A stretch of 64,000 nucleotides of DNA from Escherichia phage moha: sequence record MN850590.1. One strand, 5' to 3'. A program made the position numbers and the translations under genes. Below are positions 1 to 9,508 of the stretch, piece by piece. The notes beneath the pieces were generated by a model. It ran no database searches, had not been told where the DNA came from, and saw nothing but the letters and a program-made list of their open reading frames with translations. Within the stretch, counting starts at the first letter, position 1. Each line of letters begins with the position of its first letter.

Positions 1-2
1 CT

Positions 3-80
3 AACATAATCATGTTACCTACTCAGCAGTTTATGTCAAAAGGAAAACGTTTCTCTGCGAATACTGTTTGGAAATCTTAA
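3..80 (+). CDS. possible 3' end of upstream gene (gene 2-like by T4 synteny), truncated by window edge
   Basis: open frame from window start to TAA at 78-80; only 25 codons visible. Confidence 0.25.
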   Translation, partial: NIIMLPTQQFMSKGKRFSANTVWKS

Positions 81-182
81 TTCTATTCTCTTCCGCTCTT
101 CCGATATTCTGTTAAACCGGATTAATGGAAGAGACCTAAAACCATTATACTGCATTTTTATTAAAGCGTTTTTGAGGTGCTT

Positions 183-767
183 ATGACTCGTCCAGCGAGA
201 CAGATTTTTAACCAAACAAATATAACAAACTTTGTTGTGGATATCCCAGATAGTACACGAACTTCAGGTTTTGTGCTCAATGCCCAAACGGCTCCATTAC
301 CAGGTGTGAGAATTCCTGTTGTTGAAACTGTGACGGGCACAATGGGGTTAGGACGTGCAATGCGCGCAGGCACTACATTTGAATATGACCCTTTTATTGT
401 ACGCTTTATAGTTGATGAAGACATGACGTCCTGGATGAACATGTATAAATGGATGCTCAGCACTAATAACTATATAACCGGTCATAATACAGCCCACTCC
501 GATGGTCCTGAGTTTGTTACTTTGCACATTTTAAACAACAATAAGACTGAAGTAGTTTTGACGGCGAATTTCTATAAACCATGGATTTCTGATTTGAGTG
601 AAATTGAATTTAGTTACACTGAAGACTCTGACCCTGCCGTTACATGCGTAGCAACTATTCACTTCGCGTATATGACGATAGAAAAGGATGGTGAAGTCAT
701 TGTATCTCAACAACCACGTCAAGCAGTCGAATCTAAATCCATTTCTAGACACCCTTCCTTGCGTTAA
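183..767 (+). CDS. 3: gp3-like tail completion/sheath stabilizer protein (assigned by position upstream of gene 1)
   Basis: 194-aa ORF, SD gaggtg before ATG 183; synteny 3-1-57A as in T4; identity not verifiable from motif. Confidence 0.6.
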   Translation: MTRPARQIFNQTNITNFVVDIPDSTRTSGFVLNAQTAPLPGVRIPVVETVTGTMGLGRAMRAGTTFEYDPFIVRFIVDEDMTSWMNMYKWMLSTNNYITGHNTAHSDGPEFVTLHILNNNKTEVVLTANFYKPWISDLSEIEFSYTEDSDPAVTCVATIHFAYMTIEKDGEVIVSQQPRQAVESKSISRHPSLR

Positions 768-793
768 TCGCTTCTAGCTCCGTATGTTATAAT
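768..793 (+). promoter_or_regulatory. possible middle (MotA-type) promoter for gene 1
   Basis: GCTTCTA box about 10 bp upstream of TATAAT at 788-793. Confidence 0.3.
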
Positions 794-820
794 CACTCAT
801 AAATTATATGAGGAAAACCT

Positions 821-1555
821 ATGGAGCTAATCTTTTTAAGTGGCATCAAACGTAGTGGCAAAGATACTACTGCTGATTACATCAATTCAAACTTTAAATC
901 TGTAAAATATCAATTAGCATATCCGATTAAAGACGCTCTAGCAATAGCCTGGGGGCGTAAACATGCTGAAAATCCTGATGTATTCACAGAGTTGAAATAC
1001 GAATACTTTGAAGGCATTGGATACGACCGTGAAACACCATTAAATCTCAATAAGTTGGATGTTATTGAATTATTGGAAGAAGCGCTAATTTATTTGCAAA
1101 GTCAATATTTACCGATTAATAATGTTAAAGTATTATCATCGTTAGAAGGTGGATATTCGTATCTAGATATTAAACCATATGAAGCCCTGCGTGAAGCTAT
1201 AAATAATATCAACGACACATGGTCAATCCGCCGTCTTATGCAAGCCCTCGGTACGGATGTTGTCGTTAATTTATTTGACCGTATGTATTGGGTTAAACTT
1301 TTTGCATTAAACTATATGGATTATATTGGAAGTGATTTCGATTACTATGTTGTAACCGATACACGCCAAGTCCATGAAATGGAAACCGCTAGAGCGATGG
1401 GTGCTACAGTTATTCATGTGGTTCGCTCTGGTACGGAATCCACCGATAAACATATTACAGAAGCTGGGTTGCCTATTGAAGAAGGCGATTTAGTTATTAC
1501 AAACGACGGCTCTTTAGAAGAGCTTTATTCTAAAATTGAAACAATCTTAAGGTAA
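821..1555 (+). CDS. 1: deoxynucleoside monophosphate kinase gp1
   Basis: 244 aa; N-terminus MELIFLSGIKRSGKDTTADY matches T4 gp1 P-loop region. Confidence 0.95.
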   Translation: MELIFLSGIKRSGKDTTADYINSNFKSVKYQLAYPIKDALAIAWGRKHAENPDVFTELKYEYFEGIGYDRETPLNLNKLDVIELLEEALIYLQSQYLPINNVKVLSSLEGGYSYLDIKPYEALREAINNINDTWSIRRLMQALGTDVVVNLFDRMYWVKLFALNYMDYIGSDFDYYVVTDTRQVHEMETARAMGATVIHVVRSGTESTDKHITEAGLPIEEGDLVITNDGSLEELYSKIETILR

Positions 1556-1559
1556 TAAA

Positions 1560-2245
<686 letters not shown>

Positions 2246-2258
2246 TTTTAACAAAACA

Positions 2259-2288
2259 GTTTACATAAGGATGATGGTGTGTTACTAT
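2259..2288 (+). promoter_or_regulatory. early promoter with inverted repeat over -10 (PeSL-like)
   Basis: -35 GTTTACA, 17-bp spacer, -10 TACTAT; IR aggatgat..atcatcct. Confidence 0.6.
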
Positions 2289-2322
2289 CATCCTATCAAA
2301 TAAACAGCCTCAAGGAAATAAA

Positions 2323-2610
2323 ATGAAAACCTATAAAGAATTTATATCACCTGTTGCTAACGTTTCTACTCTGACCGAAGCAACCCTTACTTCCGAAGTT
2401 ATTAAAGCAAATAAAGGACGTGAGGGTAAACCAATGATTAGCCTGGTTGACGGCGAAGAAGTAAAAGGTACTGTTTACTTAGGGGATGGATGGTCTGCTA
2501 AGAAAGACGGCGCTACTATTGTTATCTCTCCGGCCGAAGAGACCGCACTGTTTAAAGCTAAGCATATTTCTGTAGCTCAGCTTAAAATTATTGCAAAAAC
2601 TCTTCTGTAA
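2323..2610 (+). CDS. ipI: internal protein I (capsid-targeted, injected)
   Basis: 95 aa; N-terminal capsid targeting sequence MKTYKEFI; T4 position. Confidence 0.85.
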   Translation: MKTYKEFISPVANVSTLTEATLTSEVIKANKGREGKPMISLVDGEEVKGTVYLGDGWSAKKDGATIVISPAEETALFKAKHISVAQLKIIAKTLL

Positions 2611-2613
2611 GTA

Positions 2614-2643
2614 GTTTACATCTTGATAGGACTATGTTATAGT
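2614..2643 (+). promoter_or_regulatory. early promoter cassette (PeSL-like)
   Basis: -35 GTTTACA / 17 bp / -10 TATAGT; IR ataggact..agtcctat. Confidence 0.6.
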
Positions 2644-2680
2644 AGTCCTATCAAAACAAATGAGTAAATGGAGAAATAAA

Positions 2681-2866
2681 ATGAAACGCGCTGAACTGAT
2701 TCGTAATGTTGCTGTAGTAATTGCTTCAATGGCTTTTAGTTTTTCGATGTTTGTAGGATTCATTTGCGGACTACTGACAACAACTGAAAATTCTATCTCA
2801 TTGGTAGTAGCATTTCTAATCGGTTTAATCGCTATCGTTATGGATAAAATTGCAAAAGGTGAGTAA
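2681..2866 (+). CDS. small membrane protein
   Basis: 61 aa, two hydrophobic helices; SD ggag before ATG 2681. Confidence 0.7.
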   Translation: MKRAELIRNVAVVIASMAFSFSMFVGFICGLLTTTENSISLVVAFLIGLIAIVMDKIAKGE

Positions 2867-2867
2867 A

Positions 2868-3230
2868 ATGAAATATCACGTATATGCGGATTTTGAAGCA
2901 AATCCTTCTAAAGACCCTGATTGTCGTTTGATACGCAAACCATTTGATTCAGCAGCTCAAGCATGGACTTGGATTAAATCTAAATCGCCTGGTTATATGT
3001 TCTTTGAAGTAGTCGATGACAATGGTACACTGCATCCAGAACCTACAGAAACTATTAATTTCCTTCTGTTTGCTGGTTACGACTGTTATCCTCTTGGCGG
3101 TATTGATGATCTTGTTGCTACAGGAAAAACTGTTGAGGCTCTTCGCGAAATTTATAAAAACGCAGAAGAAAATTTTGACTGGTATCATATTGTTGATGCT
3201 CACACCTTTGAAGTGGTGGAACATTCATGA
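2868..3230 (+). CDS. hypothetical protein
   Basis: 120 aa; SD ggtgag before ATG 2868. Confidence 0.75.
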   Translation: MKYHVYADFEANPSKDPDCRLIRKPFDSAAQAWTWIKSKSPGYMFFEVVDDNGTLHPEPTETINFLLFAGYDCYPLGGIDDLVATGKTVEALREIYKNAEENFDWYHIVDAHTFEVVEHS

Positions 3231-3517
3231 TTCTTTATGCTAAGGTAAAATCCGTTGAGAATGGATATGAAAGCGACCGAGCTGCAGCTAAAGCACTAGT
3301 CGATTACTATGGTATTTTGACCCACTTTGAAGTTGAAAAGGTTTACGTCGACCGTTCATCTTCACAGGTTAAATTACTTTGGGAAGACCGCAAATTTAAT
3401 AGTGTGAACTTTGATTTCTTTATTGAAACAGAAAAAGGTCCTCTTGAATATGATATTTTCAAGAATCCTTTGAAATTACGTTGCATTGAATATAATTACA
3501 TTAATATGGTACGGTGA
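3227..3517 (+). CDS. hypothetical protein
   Basis: 96 aa; ATGA overlap with upstream ORF. Confidence 0.7.
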   Translation: MILYAKVKSVENGYESDRAAAKALVDYYGILTHFEVEKVYVDRSSSQVKLLWEDRKFNSVNFDFFIETEKGPLEYDIFKNPLKLRCIEYNYINMVR

Positions 3518-3521
3518 GTAA

Positions 3522-4037
3522 ATGAATATTTGTTTAGGCAGTACAATTCCTAAGGGTTACGTAATTGATGTCACTACTTGGGAAAATGACGGCGACAACT
3601 ATAAAACTAAAACGTTGTTTGGTGTAGAAGAGCATGAGCTCCAACAGTTTAAATATCTTTTGAAGAAATTTAAGAGCCGTCATTCCAGCACTAAAGCTGA
3701 ACGTTACTGTGGTAATACACTATTCAGTGATTGTTCGCTTTTAATCTATGAATACTTGGTTGAAGGATTGTTCTCAGACCAGCTTTATCCAGAATTCATT
3801 AAAAAGGTCTTTGATATTGAAGTCGACCTTGGTAATAAATCTGAAGAAGACGAATCGCGTGTATTTGACCTGTTCCATGAGAATGGATATTTAGTATCAG
3901 AAGGTCTCATTGATATTCTTGGTCATGCTTCTGAATATTATGATTATGATTTCTTGCGTGTAGTTGAATGTGTTGAATTTGCTTATATTGAAGAAGAAAT
4001 CGTTTTGCCGACTGTTAAAATGATTGATTTGCTTTAA
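3522..4037 (+). CDS. hypothetical protein
   Basis: 171 aa ORF. Confidence 0.75.
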   Translation: MNICLGSTIPKGYVIDVTTWENDGDNYKTKTLFGVEEHELQQFKYLLKKFKSRHSSTKAERYCGNTLFSDCSLLIYEYLVEGLFSDQLYPEFIKKVFDIEVDLGNKSEEDESRVFDLFHENGYLVSEGLIDILGHASEYYDYDFLRVVECVEFAYIEEEIVLPTVKMIDLL

Positions 4038-4116
4038 GAATTATGTGTTATTATTAATTCATACCCTCTATTACCAAAGGTGCTCTAAAGTGCCTTTCAT
4101 AATAGAAAGTTATTTA

Positions 4117-4191
4117 GGCCCTGTAGCTCAATGGGAGAGCTGTCAGCTCATAACTGATAGGTAGCTGGATCGAAACCAGCCAGGGTCACCA
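4117..4191 (+). tRNA. tRNA, anticodon CAU (Met or Ile2 type), encoded CCA
   Basis: cloverleaf folded by hand: acceptor GGCCCTG/CAGGGTC, D arm GCTC/GAGC, anticodon loop CTCATAA, T arm GCTGG/CCAGC. Confidence 0.75.
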
Positions 4192-4194
4192 ATC

Positions 4195-4271
<77 letters not shown>

Positions 4272-4289
4272 ACTTTAAGTGAGGAAAAT

Positions 4290-4634
4290 ATGAAAGGCAA
4301 TATTTATCTGGTAGTTCATGACTTAACGTTTTATTTTAACGAACGTGAAACAGTTATTTCCGACCGGTTGATTAATTCGTTATATCAACACGCTGATTAC
4401 GTTTATTTCCAAAATGAATTTGGCCATTGGAAGTTTCTTAAAAACCGTTCAGGGTTAACTAGTTTTGAATACTTTGACCGTAAAGACCTTTTAAACGAAA
4501 TTCCATTACAACATCGGTTCCAGAAACGCGAATCACTATACTATTGTCGTCATATACCAAATGCTGAATGTGTTAATGAAGCGATTAATCTATGGCGGCG
4601 GCGTCGAGAGCAAATTGATGATATGCCAAAATAA
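4290..4634 (+). CDS. hypothetical protein
   Basis: 114 aa; SD gaggaaaa before ATG 4290; the listed 4242 start would overlap the tRNA. Confidence 0.7.
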   Translation: MKGNIYLVVHDLTFYFNERETVISDRLINSLYQHADYVYFQNEFGHWKFLKNRSGLTSFEYFDRKDLLNEIPLQHRFQKRESLYYCRHIPNAECVNEAINLWRRRREQIDDMPK

Positions 4635-4639
4635 GAAGC

Positions 4640-4943
4640 CGGGTCGCTACCGGCAAGTCGTCGGACTGATGTTCCCTGAGTAAGGACTGGTCTTAATAAA
4701 TCTTTACGATTTGTTAATATCCCCTTACATCACAGCAGAAACGGCGCACCGAATTATCGATTCGAGGAAATATCTTTGCCGTAAGCCGAGTAGCGTTTTT
4801 GACGGAACGTTCGGATATGGTCGAGATATGGCCTTTTAAAAATATTGAGTAGCGTCAACTGCTTAATAACCGGGTTCGAATCCCGGCGTTTCGTACAAAC
4901 ACTTGCCTTAGCAGGTGGAACCCCGACAAGGTTGCCGCAAGGC
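4640..4943 (+). ncRNA. candidate small stable RNA(s) or degenerate tRNA remnant
   Basis: ~300 bp without credible ORF between tRNAs and terminator; tRNA-like T arm CCGGGTTCGAATCCCGG at 4870-4886 with acceptor-like CGGAACG/CGTTTCG pairing, but no canonical cloverleaf. Confidence 0.3.
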
Positions 4944-4945
4944 TT

Positions 4946-4975
4946 AGCCCCTTCCGAAAGGTCGGGGCTTTTTGG
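4946..4975 (+). terminator. rho-independent terminator
   Basis: hairpin GCCCC-ttccgaaaggtc-GGGGC followed by TTTTT. Confidence 0.7.
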
Positions 4976-5018
4976 CATAATAATAAATAGATAAGTTAAT
5001 TAACTTAGGAAAAGCAAC

Positions 5019-5483
5019 ATGAAATCATACGCTGAATTTTTGACTGAACAATCTAGTTCAGATGTAAAAGCCGCTGCGATTGCAGCAATTCAAGCAGGTA
5101 AATATTCTTACAAAGACGCCTCTGATGAAGAACGTTTCCGTTTTATTAGAGATTTTAAAGCCGAAGGTTTTACTAATGCTAATACTGTTAGCCGAGTTTT
5201 TAAAAGCCTAGCTGCATCAGGTGAATTGTTCCAGAAAGCTACAGGTAAAGCACCTGCGCCAAAAACAGACCCTAAAGCAGCTCAAGAAAAAAATATCGCC
5301 AAAGGAATTATTTCTAAGTATGAAGCAATTCTTAAAGAGCTTTTAGTAATCAAAACAGAAGGCCAGAAACTGGCACGAGCACATAGCTTCAAAGATAATC
5401 CTCACGCTCATAGCCTTGAGTATGTTGAAGATATCCAAAAACTTATTAAAGACCGTATCTGGTCTGCTAAACAAATTAAATAA
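5019..5483 (+). CDS. capsid-targeting-sequence protein (candidate internal protein)
   Basis: 154 aa; N-terminus MKSYAEFLTEQ resembles the internal-protein leader MKTYxEFI. Confidence 0.75.
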   Translation: MKSYAEFLTEQSSSDVKAAAIAAIQAGKYSYKDASDEERFRFIRDFKAEGFTNANTVSRVFKSLAASGELFQKATGKAPAPKTDPKAAQEKNIAKGIISKYEAILKELLVIKTEGQKLARAHSFKDNPHAHSLEYVEDIQKLIKDRIWSAKQIK

Positions 5484-5489
5484 TAGAAT

Positions 5490-5518
5490 GCCCCTTCCTT
5501 ATGGTTGGGGCCTTTTGG
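5490..5518 (+). terminator. rho-independent terminator
   Basis: GCCCC-ttccttatggtt-GGGGC then CTTTTGG. Confidence 0.7.
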
Positions 5519-5549
5519 TATCTAGGGCATAAAAATATTTCATAAAGAT

Positions 5550-5578
5550 GTTTACTTCTTCTAAGGACATGATACTAT
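5550..5578 (+). promoter_or_regulatory. early promoter
   Basis: -35 GTTTAC, ~16-17 bp, -10 TACTAT. Confidence 0.55.
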
Positions 5579-5606
5579 AGACTTATCAACCATAGAGGAA
5601 AATGTT

Positions 5607-6110
5607 ATGAGTCTTTACACTGAACTGAATAAAAAATCTGAAGAATCTGCTGAAACTATTTTTAAAAACGTGCAAAAGCGTATTTTGGAAAAGATGTATG
5701 ATGCAGCATCTAAAGGTGAAAAATCTTGCCGGTTTCCGATGAGGTGTTCTTCTGATTTATGCGCAAATACTATTGAATGGCTGGAAAGTGAAGGTCTTAC
5801 GGTAGAGAAAAACCCGGCGACTTCTATTGACGGCGAATCATATATTAGTATTTCTTGGGATAAATCAAGGGTAGAAGAGAAAGATGGTGATTGGGTTGTA
5901 GATGTTAAAACTTCTGATGGTGGACGTTCTGTTGAAGTTTCGGCTGTAGTTAAAGGTACCCACGAACAAAGGACTTGGGGTTGGGGTGGTGAAGAAAAAG
6001 AAATTGTTCTTAGTGTGATTGCCAGGTCAACTAGTAATAAAATTGCACAAAGCATCATTGACGCTGCAATTGCTGAAGCAGAAAAAATTTGCAAAATTAA
6101 AAATAAATGA
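5607..6110 (+). CDS. hypothetical protein
   Basis: 167 aa; SD agagga. Confidence 0.8.
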   Translation: MSLYTELNKKSEESAETIFKNVQKRILEKMYDAASKGEKSCRFPMRCSSDLCANTIEWLESEGLTVEKNPATSIDGESYISISWDKSRVEEKDGDWVVDVKTSDGGRSVEVSAVVKGTHEQRTWGWGGEEKEIVLSVIARSTSNKIAQSIIDAAIAEAEKICKIKNK

Positions 6111-6169
6111 TGTACAAACGCCAAGGATGGTGGTACTATAGACTTATCAACTACAGAGGAGTAAACAAA

Positions 6170-6334
6170 ATGACTACTTTAATTATTTGGTTCGATGAAA
6201 ATGAAGAAACATACTGTGTGAATATTGGTGAAAGTCCAATGCCTGAATTTGAATCCTCGGATAAAAACTCTGTTGTATCTTGGGCTGAAGGTTATAAAGC
6301 AGCTAAAGGTGACGTTGAAATAATTTACATCTAA
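6170..6334 (+). CDS. hypothetical small protein
   Basis: 54 aa from ATG 6170 with SD agagga; upstream part of listed ORF overlaps previous gene. Confidence 0.6.
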   Translation: MTTLIIWFDENEETYCVNIGESPMPEFESSDKNSVVSWAEGYKAAKGDVEIIYI

Positions 6335-6352
6335 GTAAGTTTATGTTATAGT
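6324..6352 (+). promoter_or_regulatory. early promoter
   Basis: -35 TTTACA / 17 bp / -10 TATAGT. Confidence 0.55.
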
Positions 6353-6380
6353 AGTCCTATCAAATCAAGAGGAAAACAAA

Positions 6381-6608
6381 ATGGCTAAAGTTAGTATTGA
6401 TGTCGTTGATTATGAATACACAGAAGAAGTTATTCGCAACCGCCACCCTGAAGTTCGTATCGATTCAGTCCAAGATTCCAAGTTCTGGACAACTGAGCTT
6501 AATCTGAGTGGTCCTTATGAAGCTGTTAAGAAGTTCATGGTTGAAGAATACTGCGAAGGCATGCACCCCGAAGACGCCAAGTTTTATGTCAATTTGATTA
6601 AAAAATAA
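6381..6608 (+). CDS. hypothetical protein
   Basis: 75 aa; SD agagga. Confidence 0.7.
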   Translation: MAKVSIDVVDYEYTEEVIRNRHPEVRIDSVQDSKFWTTELNLSGPYEAVKKFMVEEYCEGMHPEDAKFYVNLIKK

Positions 6609-6637
6609 TTTACAAACTCTTGAGAGCAGAGTATAAT
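6609..6637 (+). promoter_or_regulatory. early promoter cassette, second copy at 37520
   Basis: -35 TTTACA / 17 bp / -10 TATAAT; IR gagagca..tgctctc around -10. Confidence 0.6.
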
Positions 6638-6678
6638 GCTCTCGTTGGATAATAAACCACCAATTGAAAGGTAATAAT

Positions 6679-7272
6679 ATGAACACACTGAAGAAACTTG
6701 TTGAATTCATCCGCACTAAACTTGGTACTGCTATGGCTAAAAATCTGACTGTCGAAGAACAGTATAACGCAGCTGCAGATAAGTTGATTACCCAAATCAA
6801 AGAACTAAAAACGGCTTCTGTTAAATCTATTAATGAAGAAAAACGTATTCGCGAACTTGTTAATGAAAAGAACAAGCAAGCCGCTTCTAAGGAACGTGAA
6901 ATTCGTAAGCTCCTGGCTGAAGGACAAGATGTTACCATGCATGCTAAGCTTGGTCTTCTGTATCGTCGAACTGCCGAACAACTTAATACAAAAGCTGACG
7001 GGTATGCCGCTATGCGAATTGAAATTGCTCGTAAGGTGGTTGAACTTGATGATGCTCGTCAGAATCTGGCAATCAAACTCGAATACATTCGTGAAACTCG
7101 AGCAGCCAATGCCCTTGGTATCTCTACGGCCGATGATGTAATTGAAATAGCTGCACTGACTAAGGTTGATATCGAAGACACTCTGACTCGTGTTGAAACG
7201 TTCAATGGCACTCCAGCCGGCGTCGAAACCACTTCTGCTGATGTACAAGAATATATTAACTCTTTGAAATAA
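6679..7272 (+). CDS. coiled-coil protein, function unknown
   Basis: 197 aa from ATG 6679 (SD gaaagg); heptad-rich sequence. Confidence 0.8.
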   Translation: MNTLKKLVEFIRTKLGTAMAKNLTVEEQYNAAADKLITQIKELKTASVKSINEEKRIRELVNEKNKQAASKEREIRKLLAEGQDVTMHAKLGLLYRRTAEQLNTKADGYAAMRIEIARKVVELDDARQNLAIKLEYIRETRAANALGISTADDVIEIAALTKVDIEDTLTRVETFNGTPAGVETTSADVQEYINSLK

Positions 7273-7280
7273 AATAATAC

Positions 7281-7302
7281 GGAGGACTCCGGTCCTCCTT
7301 TT
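7281..7302 (+). terminator. rho-independent terminator
   Basis: GGAGGAC-tccg-GTCCTCC followed by TTTT. Confidence 0.7.
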
Positions 7303-7321
7303 GGATAATAAAGGAGTTAAC

Positions 7322-7924
7322 ATGCGAAACCAAAATAATGATATTGACTCAATGTTCGAAGAGTTCCGAGATAAGGTAAATCCACCTACGTCTTTAGTTG
7401 ATTCATTACGATATGTTGCAACCGGACGTAAATGGTACTGGTCGTCTTCTTATGAGACCACCGAGAAAACGGCTAGCCATAGCAGAAAATCTTTATTAGC
7501 CCCAGGTATTATGATTCATGATATCGGAGCTATTGCTAAACTAGTTGCAGACCATGATATTAGATTCACCGATTTCGTTGCTCCTACATGGTCTGTTTGT
7601 TGTTTAAACACTGAATGGGAATATATCAGCGAACGCTCTAAAGATTATTATGGTTTTAGAGATAAGCTTCTGAGGTCTAATATGTTTTATATCGATACAG
7701 AAGTTCTAGTCGATAATAAAAAATATTACTTTACGTTAATCATCGATTCTGAAACTATGTATGAAGGCAAGCCTTTGCTTAAAAGAGTTGATGCTTTAAG
7801 TGCTATTGATGCGCTTTATGAAACTATGGTTGTTAGTCCTAATTTCACTAACAATTTAATCCTTGAGCAATTTATTATGGAATGTAGAGAATATGTCAAA
7901 GCCAACCCTATACATGCCAAGTAA
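7322..7924 (+). CDS. hypothetical protein
   Basis: 200 aa from ATG 7322, SD aaggag. Confidence 0.8.
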   Translation: MRNQNNDIDSMFEEFRDKVNPPTSLVDSLRYVATGRKWYWSSSYETTEKTASHSRKSLLAPGIMIHDIGAIAKLVADHDIRFTDFVAPTWSVCCLNTEWEYISERSKDYYGFRDKLLRSNMFYIDTEVLVDNKKYYFTLIIDSETMYEGKPLLKRVDALSAIDALYETMVVSPNFTNNLILEQFIMECREYVKANPIHAK

Positions 7925-8285
7925 GCCCTGGGCGTATGAATACAAGCGTAAATTAATCCCAAATGAAGTACTATTTGGCCCTATTTTAGCTTTAGCATTT
8001 TTAATCTTTATGATTATAGGAGCTGTTTTAGATTCTAGTGAAGTTATATCGTCTGATGCAGTGTTTTTACTTATTATAGCCGGGTCGTTTATTGTGCCAT
8101 TTTTATTAATGCCTATTAACTGGGTGGGATATTGGTACCAAGGACGTCATTATAGAGCTCGAGTACGCGAATGGAAAATTCAATGTGCAAAAGCTCAAGC
8201 TCAGTATGATGAAGCTGTTAAAAAGTATGAATATGAAGAAGCTATGGAATTCGTTAAGGAAATAAGATGCAAAAGCCTGAACTGA
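7893..8285 (+). CDS. membrane protein
   Basis: 130 aa; two predicted TM helices; start 7893 or 7914 uncertain. Confidence 0.65.
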   Translation: MSKPTLYMPSKPWAYEYKRKLIPNEVLFGPILALAFLIFMIIGAVLDSSEVISSDAVFLLIIAGSFIVPFLLMPINWVGYWYQGRHYRARVREWKIQCAKAQAQYDEAVKKYEYEEAMEFVKEIRCKSLN

Positions 8286-8383
8286 ATTTATGCTGTTTAC
8301 GCTTCTCAAATGATTAGTTATAATGAACTCCTAGCTAGACGTGAAAATGAAACAATCGAAAACTTTATTAAGGAATGTAGAAA

Positions 8384-8689
8384 ATGAGTAAGATTATTGA
8401 AATTAAAGTACCAGAGTTTAATGATGCCAAATCCGCTTCAGATGCAATTTATAAACTTCTGAATCAAGCTGAACGTATCGAAGAAGAAGCAACAAAGATC
8501 GCAGACCAATATGCCGTATCATTTTCTGTAGGTGATTATGGTAGCGGTCGTACTTATTATCCTAAGGGTGAAATCGTATCCCAGTGGATGAAAAATGAAA
8601 TTGAAAATAACGGTGGCGATGTTAAGCGTGAAGGTAATGGTTACATTATTACTGAAGGTGCTTGGGTTTCGTCTTCTGCGTTGTGTTAA
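8384..8689 (+). CDS. small protein, paralog family with C-terminal GWVSSS..C
   Basis: 101 aa ending GAWVSSSALC. Confidence 0.75.
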   Translation: MSKIIEIKVPEFNDAKSASDAIYKLLNQAERIEEEATKIADQYAVSFSVGDYGSGRTYYPKGEIVSQWMKNEIENNGGDVKREGNGYIITEGAWVSSSALC

Positions 8690-8698
8690 GGAATCATT

Positions 8699-8971
8699 AT
8701 GTCTAAAGAACAAACCGAACTGGCTGAAGCTGTAGCAAAAATCTATGCAGCTATTGAGGCTGCCAAAGAAATTGCTGATAAACAAAACACAACATTCAAC
8801 TTGTACCCAGCTTATGGTATGGGTGGAACCTATCATTCACCCGGACATCTTAAAGCCGATCTTGAACGTTGTACAAAAAACGGCTATGCTGAATGGGCTG
8901 ACGTTTACCAATACGACTACAACCTGAGCCTCGAAACTGGTGGTTGGGTCGCATCTTCTCACACTTGCTAA
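8699..8971 (+). CDS. small protein, paralog family with C-terminal GWVSSS..C
   Basis: 90 aa ending GGWVASSHTC. Confidence 0.75.
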   Translation: MSKEQTELAEAVAKIYAAIEAAKEIADKQNTTFNLYPAYGMGGTYHSPGHLKADLERCTKNGYAEWADVYQYDYNLSLETGGWVASSHTC

Positions 8972-8980
8972 GGAAACAAT

Positions 8981-9178
8981 ATGTCTCGTGAATTAGATTG
9001 TGCTGTACGTACGGCAGTAGCTGCCCTGGAAAACCTGTTCCAAATTGCAACAGAAGAACGCGAAGAAGTTACATTATGGATTGAAGATAACGCAGGTCTG
9101 AATCTCCAGGACGCGATCTCATTATCCCACAATAGTATCACTGTTCAAGGCTGGGTATCATCTAGTTATTCTTGCTAA
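8981..9178 (+). CDS. small protein, paralog family with C-terminal GWVSSS..C
   Basis: 65 aa ending QGWVSSSYSC. Confidence 0.75.
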   Translation: MSRELDCAVRTAVAALENLFQIATEEREEVTLWIEDNAGLNLQDAISLSHNSITVQGWVSSSYSC

Positions 9179-9183
9179 AACAG

Positions 9184-9212
9184 TTTACAACAAGATAGGG
9201 CTATGTTATAGT
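9184..9212 (+). promoter_or_regulatory. early promoter cassette (PeSL-like)
   Basis: -35 TTTACA / 17 bp / -10 TATAGT; IR atagggct..agtcctat. Confidence 0.6.
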
Positions 9213-9240
9213 AGTCCTATCAAAACAAATGGAGTCCACA

Positions 9241-9480
9241 ATGATTTATTACGAAAGTATCGGAACCAAAGTGGTTGGTAAAACCATTACTCGTGAAAAG
9301 TTTGCAAAGATATTCGATATGCGTTATAAAAAATCTGAACACAAAGGCATCCGATTCGAAGATGCGCACTGTACAATTTGCCCTTATAATGAAGACATAA
9401 ACGGTACAATCGTTCCATTGGTAGAGGCTTCACATGATGACCTCTGGGATGAATATAATATCGCATGTCGTGAAATTTAA
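9241..9480 (+). CDS. hypothetical protein
   Basis: 79 aa from ATG 9241, SD ggag. Confidence 0.7.
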   Translation: MIYYESIGTKVVGKTITREKFAKIFDMRYKKSEHKGIRFEDAHCTICPYNEDINGTIVPLVEASHDDLWDEYNIACREI

Positions 9481-9508
9481 GTTAATGAATTAATCCGAGG
9501 AAAATATT

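Noticed and set aside
4754-4978. 74-aa minus-strand ORF in the non-coding RNA region
   Set aside because: No RBS, crosses a terminator hairpin; region more likely structured RNA.
5615-6124. 169-aa minus-strand ORF
   Set aside because: Fully antisense to a + strand gene with SD and conserved context; no RBS; typical antisense artefact.
6664-7272. Phage-shock-protein-A-like assignment for the coiled-coil protein
   Set aside because: Only general coiled-coil character is similar; no motif-level support, so left as function unknown.
6465-7323. Minus-strand ORFs of 157 and 172 aa
   Set aside because: Antisense to the coiled-coil gene 6679-7272; low-complexity translation; no start context.
8745-8927. 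60-aa ORF in alternative frame
   Set aside because: Embedded within paralog gene 8699-8971; no RBS.
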